From Pseudovirgaria hyperparasitica (taxonomy: Eukaryota), in NCBI GenBank assembly GCA_010093815.1, contig ML996573.1: a stretch of 56,372 nucleotides of DNA; one strand, 5' to 3'. Every line of letters starts with the position of its first letter. Positions within the stretch are counted from its first letter, which is position 1. The notes below the pieces were generated by a model, which was not told the origin of the DNA, searched no databases, and saw only the letters and a program-made list of their open reading frames with translations. The translations under genes and the position numbers were made by a program. Below, one piece after another: positions 36,059 to 51,070 of this stretch.

Positions 36059-39000
36059 ATTAAGGATTAAGTCTACTACGAGTACTTACTAACGAGTTAA
36101 AAGAGAAGAAGCCCTACGAGTCTACACGCCACACGAGTTCCGTAATATAGAAGTATTTATAAGCTAAACTAATTATACCCCTTACGGTTGGCAGCAGCTC
36201 TAAAGAGAGAGAATAGAGATAGGATATAACGAATTTTCTTTACCAGCCGTATAAGACCCCCTTAGGCACCCTAGATGCAATATCTATAGCCTAGAAGTCC
36301 TTTATAGACTAATAGATAGCACTACGTCTTCTATTAATCCTTACTATCTAACTACCTAGTTAGTTATTTACGGGCCCGGACTAGTAGAAAACTATAATTA
36401 TTATACCCGGAGCATCCGCCAACCGTTTAAGGGAAGCTATAGACATGATAGAAGGACCTAGACCGCCGTTACCCGGTCTGTCTCTACCTCTTAAACAGTC
36501 CCTACTATTTCCTTTATCTTCTTTACATGATCTTCTACCTCTACCTCTATCTCTAGCCTCTATAAGCCTTACTATACTACTACCCCCGTTACTAGACCTA
36601 ATTAGTTTTAACCCCCTATTATATAACTATATCCCTAAGTTAGACGACCCTTTTACGCCGGAATCACTCGATACTATTAATATTCTCGCTTAGTAAATTA
36701 AGCGTTTCTAAGTTGGCTCTAACGCTCCCTTAATATAAGAGTAGCGGAGTGTTCCCTAGCGGTAAGTCTATCTATCATTATATAACGAGGGTATACGTTC
36801 TATATCTAGACCTTCCTCCCGTTTATCTAACCGTTTAATTACGACTTAGACTAATTTTCATATCCTGGTGTTACTAAGCCTACCGCTAGTACTACTCCCT
36901 AATCTCGATAACCCGTTCCCCTAGCCTTCCTCTTTGGATAATTCTCTACGGGTAGTAAACGCTTACCCTAGGAAGTCTCGGTCGCAAATAGTAAAGATAG
37001 TAAACCCGATTTAAATTCCCACGTTTAGTGGCTCTAGACTTAATAATGTTAAGGTCTAGGCCAATATCGTAAAAGCGGCATTTAATTTCAACGACTATTT
37101 CTATATATCTAATTAGGAGAAGTCTTACTACCTTACTATAATAATAATATTAAACACGTTAGGGGACATAAAGTACTTTATAAACCGAATGACGCTAGCC
37201 TAATAGATAAACGCTAAGGCAATGCTACTCGCGCTTAAGTAGAGATTTCCCCCCGTTTCTAAAATAGAGCTTAGTCATTAAGCTATGATTAAGATTACTC
37301 GGCTTAAGTAGAACGCTATGAAACTCGAGGATTACGTCGATCGAGCGTGTAAGATCCGGCGCTTCCTTCCCATAGGGATGGATAGGCTATTTAACATGAA
37401 TTTTATCCATAGGCTAAAGTCCGACCAACTTAAGGGCTAGGCGATTCCAATCGCGTGCTAAGAAGACGTAACGTTCGATACGTTAGTCAACCGTCTACTC
37501 TCTATGGCTAGAATAATAGACTTAGGGGTTACCTCCTACTTCTTTAACGAGAATAGTAAGGAGCTTAAATCGGATAGAGATATTACTATATTACTTAAGT
37601 TCTAGAACTCCCTCTAAGAGAGTAATCGGAAAGCCATAGATAAAATAACGCGGACTCTTAAGAGCTTATAGTCCATCTAAGGGCCTCCGGGGAGTTATCT
37701 ATAAGGAAACCAACCGTAGGGAAACCCGCCTAGCACCCGGTCTACGTTAGCTATGGCTCCCGTGTAGATTCCGAGCATGCTAATAGTAGCGCCCTTAATA
37801 TAGGCCTCCTAGCTACCTTTATAATATCGCTAACCATTCATAGATAAAGGGAGGGGTTACGCTATAAACATCCTCGACTAGTGTTTTATATATAGTCGAT
37901 CTAGCTATTATACGAAGACATGTAACGGTACCCCTTTACTAGAAGACTAATAAGCTACTATTAAGTCCCGATACTACGCGAATAAGGAGTAATTTATTAT
38001 AAAGCGCGTATAAATAAGCCAGCCGTAGTCTATATCGGTTACGAACGTATTAATCCGCCCCTATACTACTACGGACCCCGTTAGCCCTATTACGGTTAAC
38101 GCCTAGATACCCGGTAACTACTACGTCTTAATAAGAATGCCCGAGATTAATAATATTAAGCTTAACCCATCTATAGAAGCTAACGCTCTAGGTAAGAGAA
38201 AGTAAGAATCCGGGGGTAAAGTTATCTATGGTAGCAATTCCCGCGGCGAGTCCTTTAAAGAGCCGTATAACGTACCCGCCCCTACTAGCTAGTTTACTAT
38301 AAAGGTCCCCTAAGAATAGTATATCGTTAGTATAAAAGGGCGGAAGTACCTTAACGCTACTAATATACTTGCTAATTATAACGTTACGCTCTCCCTACTT
38401 AACCTTATTAATATATTAGAGTTATTCCGCCGCGAAGTAGCCCGTAACCTAGTCCTAGAACTAAACCCGCACGCCAATAGCTCGACTACCACTAACGCCT
38501 CTACTTAGGTTAGCTCCGTTAAGTTTCGTGTAAAGGAGGACTCTATATTAGTAGTTCCCGCGCTAATAATTAATATAACTAAGCCCCTTATTACTTTTAA
38601 TAACGAAGCCCCTCTAGCGGTAGTAGATATATTCTACGTCCATAGGGTACTTAGTAACCCTAATAGAAGTAAGCCTCGATTTAAGATAAATAAGATCCTC
38701 TTTAATGGAGGGGCTAGAACGAATTGTATTACGAAGCGCGCCGTTAACGCGGTCGGATTACCTATCCGGAAGTTCCGTACGATTATAATAGCCGTTACGG
38801 ACGGTCGGGAGACCCTGGTTACCGGCTAGACTAAGTTTAGCCTTACTATTACGGGCGTTTCCCGTTTAGTTAAGGCCTAGGTATTAGATTACTCGCCGAC
38901 CTAGATAGTTCTCGTCTACTACTACTATATGGCCTAAGTCTATTATAAAGGCGACTATACTATAAATTTATATACGATTAGCGAAAGCCCGTAATCTACC

Positions 39001-40717
39001 GTTATCGCCCTCTAAGCTCGTGTACCTTATAAAGTCTCTAAGATACTAAGAATGTTTTACTAGACATACACGAATAACTTAGATAGGTTATAGGCTACCT
39101 AGCGCTTCGAAGTACGGCTTCTAGACGACGCTAGCACGGATTAGGTCCTCTGATAGTTAGCCGACGGTAATAATATCTTTAGGCTCCCGGTAGAAATCCT
39201 AAAAAAAGGATGTTACTAGTAGATAGCCCTAAATCTACTAGTGTAAACGTATTAGGGAGAGATAGCTCCGGCGCTTTAAGTACGGTTGGTATTAGAGCGC
39301 TAGAAGTAATATAGCCATGCTTATCTAAGAACCGTTACGCTCGGAAGGAGCGAATGAAACACGCCCTCCGTATAGGTATTAATAGCGCTATAATTCCGTT
39401 AGTGCCCCCCCCCGTCTAAGAGCTATAATAATAGTTTAGATCGAGTAAAAGAAACATAGAAGAATAACGAGTTCCATGGTAACTAAGATACTCGGTGTCT
39501 AGCTACGAAGCTAACAAATCGGAAAGAGATTTAGCGCCGAATATTTAGGGACAACTACTAGATGGTTAGTATCTCGTAGGTAACGTACGGGATCGGCGCC
39601 TATATAGGGTCGTTAAAGGGTTCTACTATAGAGATTACTAACCATAGGGATTCTACTATTATGGTATGTTCTACTATAGCTTAGGGGTTCCCTACTACGG
39701 GCGGCTCTATGTATAGCGCGAATGTTTATAAGCTTCGTATATTCATTCCTAGGAATACGGCGTAGATATAGGAAGATACATTCGGATTACCAATGCTAGG
39801 GTTTCCTATAGACCGTCGTCTAATTAGTTATAGACGACCTCTACTAACGGCTAGTACATCGAGCATGTAGCTACTAAGCCGATTCCTAAACCTTAAAGGT
39901 AACTAGGTAAAGATAGAGCGTGAAACATCGTAGTTCCGAGACCTTATCGAAACATAGAGTAACTTATTTATTACTAATGTTCGGGTAATGCCGATAATGG
40001 ACTTAATTATATATTATATCCCTACGTATAGTAACATCCCTAAGGCCGCTAAGTAGGGGTTATTTATACCAAAGGAACTCGACCATCTTAAGAAGGTCCT
40101 CCCGGCATTGGACGAGACGAAAATTATCGCGCCTTACGTCTCCCTATACTCTACTTAGACTCGTCTTCCTCTAAAAGTAAGCGGAGTATTACGGATAGTT
40201 CACGCGTAGATTTAGTTAAACATAGATACGATTAAATCCAACTACCCGATTCTAAGGATAGAGCCTATCCTAGAAGGGGTTAGTAGATCTATATTAAAAT
40301 GTATGTTTTAGGCGGACGTATTAAACGGGTTTTAGGCGGTTAGGCTAAACCTAAAGTACGTCTATAAGATAGTGTTCACGATACCCTTCGGGTAATTCTA
40401 CTATTTACGGATAGAATAGGGGTTAACTAGAGGACCTAGGACGTATGCCAGGCTAAAGGACATTACTAATGGTATTATACCAAGCCCTAATCTAGAGCCT
40501 AGCTTAGGCGACGCGGTAAAGAATGTTTTCTTCGCCTCTTTTTTCAATGATAACGATGGCGGAGCCCCTAACTTTAAGGACCTGTTTCTCTTTCTCTATG
40601 AATATTACTTCCCCCGGCTTACCTAGGCGAAGCTTACTTTAAATCTAGAGAAATTACGCTTCTTCACAAGCGAGATTAAAGTCCTTAGTTATAGTAAAAG
40701 CTCTCTTGGCATTAGAC

Positions 40718-43700
40718 TATAAGAATAGGGTAGTTGGATAGTAGTGTAGCTAGATGGAACAATAGGGTGTATTCTGTCATAGAACGAATTACTACCGAAC
40801 CCTTTCGGTAGGAATCCGAGAGTATATATATAAAGGAACGCCGATCTATCTAGCACGTGACTGTTTACCGCCCTTCACGTCACCTCCTAACTCTATTAGC
40901 TAAGGTACGTGTAGGTCGGGTCCTACCTAAGGCTAAGTCCTAATAATTATCCCTTCCCTCTAGGAAGCTGCCCTTAGCGACCTAGATTATTATCTATCTC
41001 TATATCCCCATCCTAAGTCTCGCAAGACCTTAGTCGTTCTCTACGCTTCGTCTTAGATACTTACCGATATTCGCCGATCTAAGATTTATATAAGCGTTTT
41101 CCTAATAAACTAGATTTTATCTATCTTAACTTCTTATATAGGTAAGATTACCTAATTAGGCCTAGCGTATCACGTGATGTAATTAGGTAAGCCCGGGTGC
41201 TACCTATATTAAAATCTTTTCTTAGAAATATTCCTTTCTTTAAAAAACTTCTCAACTCTTTATAGAGTTTTTTAGATTATTAGGTATATTACCCGATCCT
41301 TATAGACATAGATTTATATAGATTTACTACTATTTAGTGCGATTTAGCGTAATTTGCTAATTTTCGTGCCGTCCTTAGCTAGCAATAATATAATTCGTAA
41401 TAATCCGCATAAATCAATAATAATTATAATATGGTTTCCCGAAATCTTAACGCTCTAAAGTAATCGGCGCGGAAATAGGCGCCTTTAAATAATCCCTGTC
41501 TCGCATGCGTCACTAACATGTTAAAAGCTATTAATCTACCCCGACCTAGGCCGGGCTCTAATAATCTAGCTATATATTATTATGGTTGTTACTTTCCGTT
41601 ATACATTACTCACGGCGGTGCCAAATCTATAATATACGGTACTTACATAACTAAGAAGCGTTATTACTTATAGGTATTTAAGTAAGTTCGAAGAACTTTA
41701 TGTAGATTTACTTATATTAGTATAGATTACTACTAGGCCTCTAGTGACCCCTACTAATAAGGAGCGTGGTACTACTAATCGTAACGCCTTAGAGAAGGCT
41801 TTCTACGAGCTATATACCTAAGGCAAGGGTTACGCCTAGGAGTATAATTCTAATAAGATCCGCAAGGGTTTATCGGAATCTACTACAGCTATTATTACCG
41901 CGATTACTAGGTAATATCGTTTTTCTTAAATCGTTATAGATTCTTACTAATATATGTTAATCTCTATAATAGTGCTAAAATCTCTACCACTTCGGACTTC
42001 TTTCTATATACCGGCGATATTAAAATTCCTAGAAAAGGTTCTAGTAAAAAGGCTAAGGTTCCTTCCTCGCGCGTGCTAAAGAGCCGTAAATTTAGGGAAG
42101 ATAGCTCTAATCTAGAAGTTTCTATACTAACGGTATGTGGTTCTATACCGATCGTTAAATCTTTTCGCTAATTTATATAATTCTTAGCGTGCCCACGCCG
42201 GTCCGTCCCTCTCTATCCCGGGTTCCGCTACTCCGTAGGTTTCTATAGAGGAGTTCATAGCTATAAGGCGCGCTATATAGAATTTATAGCGTCGGAACGA
42301 AAGGCTAGAGACTTATATTATAAAGCTCTACACTATGCTAAACAAGAACCAGCGGAAGGAATTAGATGTAACCATCGCGGTAATTAGTACTTCTACTCCT
42401 ACTCCGACTTGATCGGTTTGGATCTACACCGATCGGTGCTAATATATCTCTTTTATCTGGCGTTTTGGTTTTTTCGGTTTTAATTTTAAAGCGATCTTAC
42501 TTCTTCTAGATAGATTAGTGCGAGTTTATATAGATCTATATAGATCTTTATATTTTCTTTTAGCTTTCTTAATTTTATCTTTCTTTAATAATAACTTCTT
42601 TAATCTCTTTAGTAATCTATACCGATCTATACCGATCGGCACCGATTTTTAATGTCCATTTCTCTTAGTGAATCACTTTTCTAAGTCTCTTTTTTAGTTA
42701 ATTTTTTTTTAAAGTTCTAAGTTCGAACTTTCTAAGGAAGTTCCTTAATTCCTTAGAATGTTTTAAAGATCTATATCTCTTTTACCTTCTTCCTTTTAGG
42801 CGGCCGTCCTTAGCGCCGAACTATACTAAAAAACGTCGAATCGCCGTACTTTAGCATAATTCTCTGCGATTCCACGGCTTCCTTTACTAATTACTACTTA
42901 TACGCTAATATCGCTGCTTTGCTAATGTATATTACGGGTTCCCAAGTATCTTCGTTAGGATTATACCCTTTCCAACGAATTTTATATAGCCACGTGCCAT
43001 CTTCGGCACGTTATTAGCCTAGTATCTACTTAACTTCGTAGATATCCGTACCTCCTTACGTAACTACTTCATGTAACGTCTATTCGGAACGATCCGACAA
43101 CGATAAGGCATGGAATGGCTCGAGAAGCGTAATATGGAACACATTGTATATCTTTAACGTGGGAGGGAGTTTCAACTCATACGCCTGGTTATTGATTACA
43201 CGAGTAACCTTAAATAGACCTATTATCGTGTAGTTAAGCTTCTTCTTCGGCCTGATACTACGAATATTCTTGCTATTTAGTAAAACTTTGTCTCTAATAT
43301 TAAAGATTATAGGCTTTCTACCCTTATTATAGTGCGATTTACTATAATCTATAGCATCTTATAATAACTTTATAACGCTTCTTTACGTTTGGAATAGTTC
43401 TATTATAATCTCCGTCGCCTTAACGTTAGGCTACTCTGATTTACACTAAGTTCCCATGAACTGCGCTTTATAATTTCGACCGAAGTTTACTTCGAACGGA
43501 CTTACGTAGGTTGACGCATGTCGGCTGTTATTATACGCGAATTCCGCGACATAGACTAACCTTGCCTAGTTATCTTACTTATAGTTGTAATATGCGCGTA
43601 AATACGCCTTAACTATCTGATTCTACCACTCTATCTACCTATCTATTTATGGGTGGAACGCGGTGCTAAGTTTCCGCTTGATTCCTAGCGTATAGTAGAA

Positions 43701-46700
43701 ATCCTTCTAAAACTTAGACGTTATCTACGGACCTCTATCCGAAACTATACCGTTTAGTATACCGTGGAGCCGAACTACGTCACGAAGTAGTATATCTATA
43801 AGATCCGGTACTTGGATCGTCTTCCTTATAGGGATGTAGTGTAACATCTTTATAAATCTATCTAAAACTATGAGTAAACTATTATAAACATGCCTAAGAC
43901 ACTTACTTAGGGGCAGATCTATGATAAAATCCATCGACAATTCTTTCCATGCCTTATTTAGTATAGGCAATGGCCTCAATTCGCTATATAGTAAGTGTCT
44001 ATATACTTTCGTATGCTGGTAAACGTTACACGTTTTTACGTAGTCCTTTATATACTTATAAAGACCTAGCTAGTCGTACGTCCTTCGGATTAAATCGACC
44101 GTCCTTATAATACTAAAGTATCCTACTAATGCATAATCGTGCTGTTCCCTTAAAACATTGATTTGTAAGCCGCCCTCCGGCACGTAGAGTCGGCCTTAGA
44201 AGTAGATCGCGTCCGATTATCGTTCCTACCTTAATAACTACGGCGGTTCTATAGCCATTCCCTTCATGCTTATAACTTTCTTTACTAATATATCGGAATT
44301 CTAGGTAGATTTAATTAAGTCTTTGAGGATTTGCTCTGTTTCTTAGACGTTAGTTTAGATTACTTAATGCCCGCTCTAATTCCCGCGGAGAGTCGCTGAA
44401 AGTGTCCTGGCTTCCGGCACTCTATTAGATAACTAGTCTTTTAGTATCTATAGTATAGCATAGTCTAAATTGCACCAACTATCTACGTTATTCTACGACG
44501 ATTTCTCGTAATCTTTACGCCGTGATAGAGGATCTACTTTGTTCTCTCTTCTAGCTTTATATGAGATTTTAAAGTCAAATATTAATATCTACTTAGCCTA
44601 ACGTACTTATCGGCGATTAAGGACCTTGGTCGATATGAAGTAACGTAGATTTACGTAATCTAATAATAATTTAATCTAATGTACGGAGCCTTCTAAATAA
44701 TATTACCATTGCTTAAAACTCTCGATAATTACGAGTAGTTCCTAGTCGTGCGTGTTATAACGCGTCTCTATATCCGCTATTTTACGGGAAAAGAAGGCGA
44801 CCGGGTGCTATTGCACCTTATCTTTCGTATCTTTATACGGTTGACTAATAATTCTAGTAATTGCGAATCTAGATGCGTCTGTTTCGACCTAAATATGCTT
44901 CTTAGGATCGAAATGCCTAAGAATCGGCGTAGTTATAAAGCAATTCTTTAACGATCGGAACGTATCTCGCGCTTCCGGCGTCAACTATATCTTAACCGAC
45001 TTAGCTTTACGCTATGCTCGCCCACCTATAGGGATTTTACCGCCATTCTCTATGAGTTTATTAAGCGGCGCTATAATTCGTAAGAAACCTATAATGAATT
45101 TACGATAATAGTTTACGAAACCTATGAACGTCCTGATTTAACGTATAGTAGTAGGTTCTAGCCATTCTATAATGGTCTTGACACGCTCTAGCTCCATTTT
45201 AAGGCCGCCGTGTGTCATAATAAAGCCGAGAAACCCAACTTCTTGTTAGTGAAACTTATATTTAGATAACTTTACGTAGAGTTTATACTATCTTAAACGA
45301 TTTAGTACCGATTTCACGTGTTCTTCGTGATCCTATATGCTATCGGAGTAAATTAGTATGTTATCGAGGTAAACTACATAGATCATATTAAGTAATCCTA
45401 TAAGTGTAGTATTAATGTATCCTTAGAACGCTCCTAGCGCATTTATTAGCCTAAACGGCATAATAGTATACTTAAAATGACCATATCTGGTCCGAAATGC
45501 GGTTTTCCACTCATCTCCGCGACGGATTCGAAGCCGGTAATATATATCTCGCAAATCTAGCTTCGTAAAGTACTTTGCCTTGGTTAATTAGTCTAAAGAT
45601 TTACTAACCAACGGTAATGGGTGACGATTCTTCTTAGTCACCGCATTTAGTACTCGATAGTTAACGTATAGACGTAAACTTCCGTCTTTCTTCTTCACGA
45701 AGAGAATAGGTACGCTAGCTAATAACATACTATGATATATCTAGCCTCTTCCGAGATATTCTTTAATATATTTACGAAGAACTTTAAGTTCTAGTCTTAA
45801 AAGTAGATAAAGTAGACTATAAGGGACGTCTACTCCCTCTTCGAGCTCGATCTTTAGCTTATATAGCCTATAGTTGGGGAGGAGTAACGCGTCTTCTACC
45901 GAAAACATATCCGTGTACTACGAATATACGTTAGGTAGCGTGTCTTTACCCCGATTATTACTATCCTCTTCGTCTTCGTCGACGATCGATAGAGATATAA
46001 GGTAGATTAGCGACGATCGGGTCCGCACGGTAAGGTTCTATGTCTCCTTACTAATGGTTACGACTTACTAGTATAATTTACCGCGATATTAACGGAACGT
46101 TAATGTCTCCTTCTAAAAATTAAGGATTGGGTTTAGGCGTTTAAGCTAAGGCATCCCTAGAATTATATTCCATTAGCTAATATTAGCTATAATGAATTCA
46201 TTAGACATCTACTATTTTATTATCTTTAAGTCATGAACTTCATAATTCGTTATAGTTTTACCTAAAGTTCTAACTTTATATCCATTAACTATGATGGTTC
46301 GGCCAACTTTACCGAGATCGTACGATAATCTATACTTCTTAGCGAGAATCGATAAAATATAGTTATCTTCTATACTAGTGTCTATAAGGGCCTATATAGT
46401 TTTATTACCATTTACTATAGATAACGATACTTTTAGTAATATTAGGTCTTTACTCGCCGGAAGGCGCTACGGCTCCTCCTAAGTATATATAATTTAGCTA
46501 AGAACGCGGTTAGGTCTCGCGTACTAGCCTATTCTTTTTTCGGATTCTTATAGTTAGGCGAAATATATCCCTTTTCTCTATACTTATAGTAATAAAGTAC
46601 GCTATGATCCTACTATTTTACGATAGGCGTTACATTTAAGCCTATGCCTTATCCTTTTCCGCATTAGGAACCACCGCCTCGATTATTTCAGTATCCTCTT

Positions 46701-48104
46701 AACGCGTTTCTACCCCGATTTACGCTCTTCTAGCGTTAATCGCGGTAAGGTTACTCTTAATCGAACGTATTCGATCGACCTCGTTTCTAACCCGTATAGG
46801 GTTCATCGGTTTTACCTAGAGAGCCGCGTTCCTTAAGGATGCGGTAGTGTTCGTTAGCTTTCTCCTCTAATTCATGTAGATAGTTAAAACTTAATAATGC
46901 TATTCCTAATCTTTCGCGGATTAACGGGAGTAGTACTTCACGAAACTAGAATATACGAATATTTTCCTATAGTATAGGGATATTATCCTAGAGGTTTTAT
47001 AGGTATTATAGTAGTTAAGTAGGTGTCTAGTTCGGTCGTTATACCACGCTTCTTAACTTAGATAGTGCCTTTCTTTCGCGTTCTCCGTTAGTTCCGAGGG
47101 TATTTAGTATAAATATAGCTAAATGCTCCTAGGTTATCGCCGATAGTAGCTTAACTTCCTTCTATCTATTCTATTAATCGCGGGATTATAAACCTAAGTA
47201 ACGTTCTCCGAATGAAATGCGTTATACTTCGGTAGAAAAGAGCATAGGGTTATCGAGGAAGTACTTCTCGCAGTCTCTCTTCTAATCTTTCCACTTCTTT
47301 TAGTTCTTCCCTATAAATATAGTCGGATCTTTAGGTTTCAGCACACCTAAGGAAGGAGTAGGGTAAATCGGTAACGAAGCGGCCGGGTATACGGTAGATT
47401 ATCGCAACTCTAATAGTAGGTAAACTAATTCCGCCTAAATTAGTATAGGAAGTCGTCCACCTACTATCGTTCCGCGTAGTCTTTTAAGAGACTCGTTAAG
47501 TTCTCGTCGTTTTACGAGGAGTTTCGTACGTTCGGTCTATTCTTTAAGGATCTATATCTCTCGGGCTTAATTAGCGATGTGCTCCTATAGTTCGGCGATT
47601 GATGGTTGCGATTCCTTATGTAGCTCTACCACGACTCGTTATCCAGCTTCCTATCGTGGGAAGTCGCTTAGTATATCCACCATTTCCTTATTAGAAAGTT
47701 CCGTGATTCGGTCGGACATCTCTACTTCTCTATTAAGAACGGCTAGATTTAATGCCGATTATAGAGGATCCCTATTATTTAATATAGTATTACTTATCCC
47801 TATAGTAGATCGTGTCGACCTTCTTAGTTCTAGTTAGACTATCTTAACTATAGTACTATATAGGGAGTAATTCGAATATAAGAATAGGGTAGTTAGATAG
47901 TAGTATAGCTAGATAGAATAATAGGGTATATTCTATTATAGAACGAATTACTACCGAACCCTTTCGGTAGGAATCCGAGAGTATATATATAAAGGGACGC
48001 CGATCTATCTAGCACGTGACTGTTTACCGCCCTTCACGTCACCTCCTAACCCTATTAGCTAAGGTACATGTAGGTCGGGTCCTACCTAAGGCTAAGTCCT
48101 AACA
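40718..48104 (-). mobile_element. Chromovirus-type Ty3/Gypsy element (7387 bp) nested in the RT of the outer element
   Basis: 228-bp LTRs at 40718-40945 and 47877-48104; TSD tagac at 40713-40717 and 48105-48109; PPT at ~40946-40961. Motifs: protease ALIDTG (~46375-46392), RT VVYLDDIL (~45353-45377), integrase SMDFI/SDRGP/STAFHP and chromodomain YKIRWKGY.P.EDTWEP (~42936-42990). Confidence 0.95.
41431..42412 (+). pseudogene. Antisense accessory ORF of the inner element (Cys-rich N-terminus, probable intron, coiled-coil-like C-terminus)
   Basis: ATG at 41431 then PCLAC...GCYF; reverted C-G-x-C-x-TKKR-x-C. Protein-like frame ends ...ELD.TI..I.TSTPTPT* (TGA 42410-42412). Confidence 0.5.
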
Positions 48105-51070
48105 TAGACTATCCTTAGTTAAGGTCGTAGCCTTTCGGGAATAGCTAACGCTAACTTATAAGGCTGAATTAGAATGATTTATTAATAGCCTAGGATTTCT
48201 TAAGGCATTTATCCTAGGACGGTCTAACCTCTATAATTTACTTAAGACCGCTATTTAACGGACCGCGACCGCTAACGCTAGCGGTAGCCATGTTTAGAAA
48301 ACTTACTATACAACGACATTTACATGGTCCCCTAAACATTAGAAAGCGTTCGAGTTTATAAAGTCCTAAGTAGCTAATAACATTACGTCGTCTAGTGACC
48401 CCGAGAGATAGTACTACTTAGCTACTAATGCTTCTCTTACTAGTGCTAGGGGTGTCCTATTCTAACTCTATGGCGTCCCTAATAGTAAGTTAGCGAAAAT
48501 AGATAGTAGCGATAACTTAGAGATTATTATATTCCTTTTATATAAATTTAAACCTTAGGAGACTTAATACTATACCACGGAGCGCGAAGCGCTAGCCCTT
48601 CTTAAGTCTCTTAATAAGACGTACTAGCTTATCTAGGGAAGCCCTTATAAGGTTAAAGTTTATACCGACCATGTTACCCTAGTTATGATTATAACTAATG
48701 ATAACGCTTACGGCCGTCTATTACGTTAGTAACTACGGTTTATAGAATACAACCTTAACGTAAAACACGTCCCTAGTAAGAATTTAGTAATAGCGGACGG
48801 TCTTTCCCGGTTATTATAATCTCGTATATATGTAATTAGAAATAGTCTAGAAGTTAAGGACCTTATCGCGTTTAATGTCTATGCATGCCCTACCTCTAGC
48901 TATACGGTTAGCGACGTAGACCCCGATTCTAAGACTTATATCTCTATTAAGGACGAAGACCGATAGGGGAAATAGTTATACTCCGATTAGTATCGAGACG
49001 CGTTACTACTTAAACTTACAGGCATTATTTCTAACGAGAAATTATAGTCACGACCGCGACTCCGGATAATACGATAGTAGGTAAAGTCTCTTCTAATAGT
49101 TGGTACCTTACCGCTAGTACTCGCTATACTAACCTATAAGGATAAACGAGTTAAATATATAGTCGAGCACGAAGTCCGTTAGGCGATTAGGGCATGTTAT
49201 AATATTAGCGGGTACTTCGCCTCTAAGATTACTAAGGCGAAGGTCCGTCGGCGTTTCTATTGGTCTACTATTATACGAGATATTATTATCTTCTATTAAG
49301 AGTACCTATACTACTAATTCCTTAGGCCTCTCTGGCCGAGTAGAAGTATCTTACTAATTCTCTAGATATAGCCCCTCGACTTAATTAGCATGGACTATAT
49401 TAGGCCTATTACTCTAGCTAGTCCGGCTAGCGAAAAATATATCTAGATTAGTATCGACTACATAACGAGGTTTCTATTTACCTAGGCTAGGGTAATAGCC
49501 ACCTTATAAGACACCGTCGAATGCATAGTAACTAGTATTATGAACATTTTCGGGTTCCCTCGCGTAGTATATATAGATAATAGAAGTTATTTTATAGAGG
49601 GTAGCTTTCTAAAGATACTCGCGTAGAATAATATAAAGTACTTTAACGCTCTAACTAGCCACCCCTAGTCCGTCGGGCTTTCTGAGTAGTATATCTAACT
49701 TCTTCTATAAGTACTTCGAAGTATACTTTAGATAGGGCTATAAGCGATCTAGAATTAGCCGGACTACATTCTAAGAGTAGTACTAGAAATTAATAATCGG
49801 CTAATTAAGGTCGAGGGTTTTTCCCTCTTTTAACTTTTACTTGGAGGGTATACCTATCTTAGGTAATAATTATCTATTATTAACGATATTCGCTTAGCCG
49901 CGCTATAGAAAGAGCTTAGGGCTAAGATAATAGTCCCTATACAAAGTACTATCTCTTCTAATAAGTACTCCGATTATCTCGCTAGAATTAATAAAGCCTA
50001 TACCTACGGACTCTAAAAGCGTCTAATATAGTAGAAGCGTCTTACCGAACGGAGTAGGGTATACTTCCTAGAGCCTACGGTTGGTAGCCTAGTACTCTTA
50101 TACCGCCTCCGATAAGATAAGGAGAAGAGATATAAGTTTAAGCCTCGTTAGGAGGGTCCTTATAAGGTTATAAAGATTTCCTTAAATGGGTAGAGTATAT
50201 AGCTCCGCGTAATCTACTTAGGAAAGGATGTCGGGAAGTACTCTATAAACGATGTTAAGCCGTTTATAGTTCTAGTAGACGAAGATAATAATTCCGGTTA
50301 GTAAACGATCGCGGAGACTAACGATCTTATCTAGCGCAATCTCTATAGATTTTTATCGTGACTACGCGCTATGAAGAAGATTCGGATAGAAGAGAATATC
50401 CTCTAAACTAGAGACGGCTATGAACCCCTACCGGAGAACCCTAAGAGTAAGCTCCTACGCGAACTCCGGAATAGATACCCTTATACTAAGTACGATACGT
50501 CCCGAGCTTCTATATACGGGTTCGTAGAAGAAACCGCGTATTAGGGACTTAAGGCCGTTAATCTCGCCAAGCTAATAATATCGCCCGACTTATAATAACC
50601 CCATCACCTTATGAAATACTAGAGTATGATTAAAAATAGTTATACCTTATAGATAATTATTACTACCGTGCTAAGGGTTAGCGGTTTCTCTATCGAAGCC
50701 TAAATAGAATTTTAAAACTATTACGTTTATAGAATATAATTACCGCGTTAAGATACGTCTCTACATTTAGAAGTACGGCTAGTAATAGTATATCTTTCCT
50801 AAGCGAGGCCCCTATTCTACGGTTGGTAGCATTTATCTTTAGAGTTACTAGCTTAAGATTATTACCAGCGAACGGTCACGCCGTTACGGTATATATTAAG
50901 CAAGGGATAAAGATAGTTACTACCCCTGAGTTCACGAGATAGATAAAGTACCACACGCTTACCTTTAACATCTTACCTTTACCTTCGTTTACCTATCTTT
51001 TTAGACGTTCTATTCCCTCTATACCGTTTCGTTATATCTCCTCTTTAACTAAATCATTTCTATAGCTACT

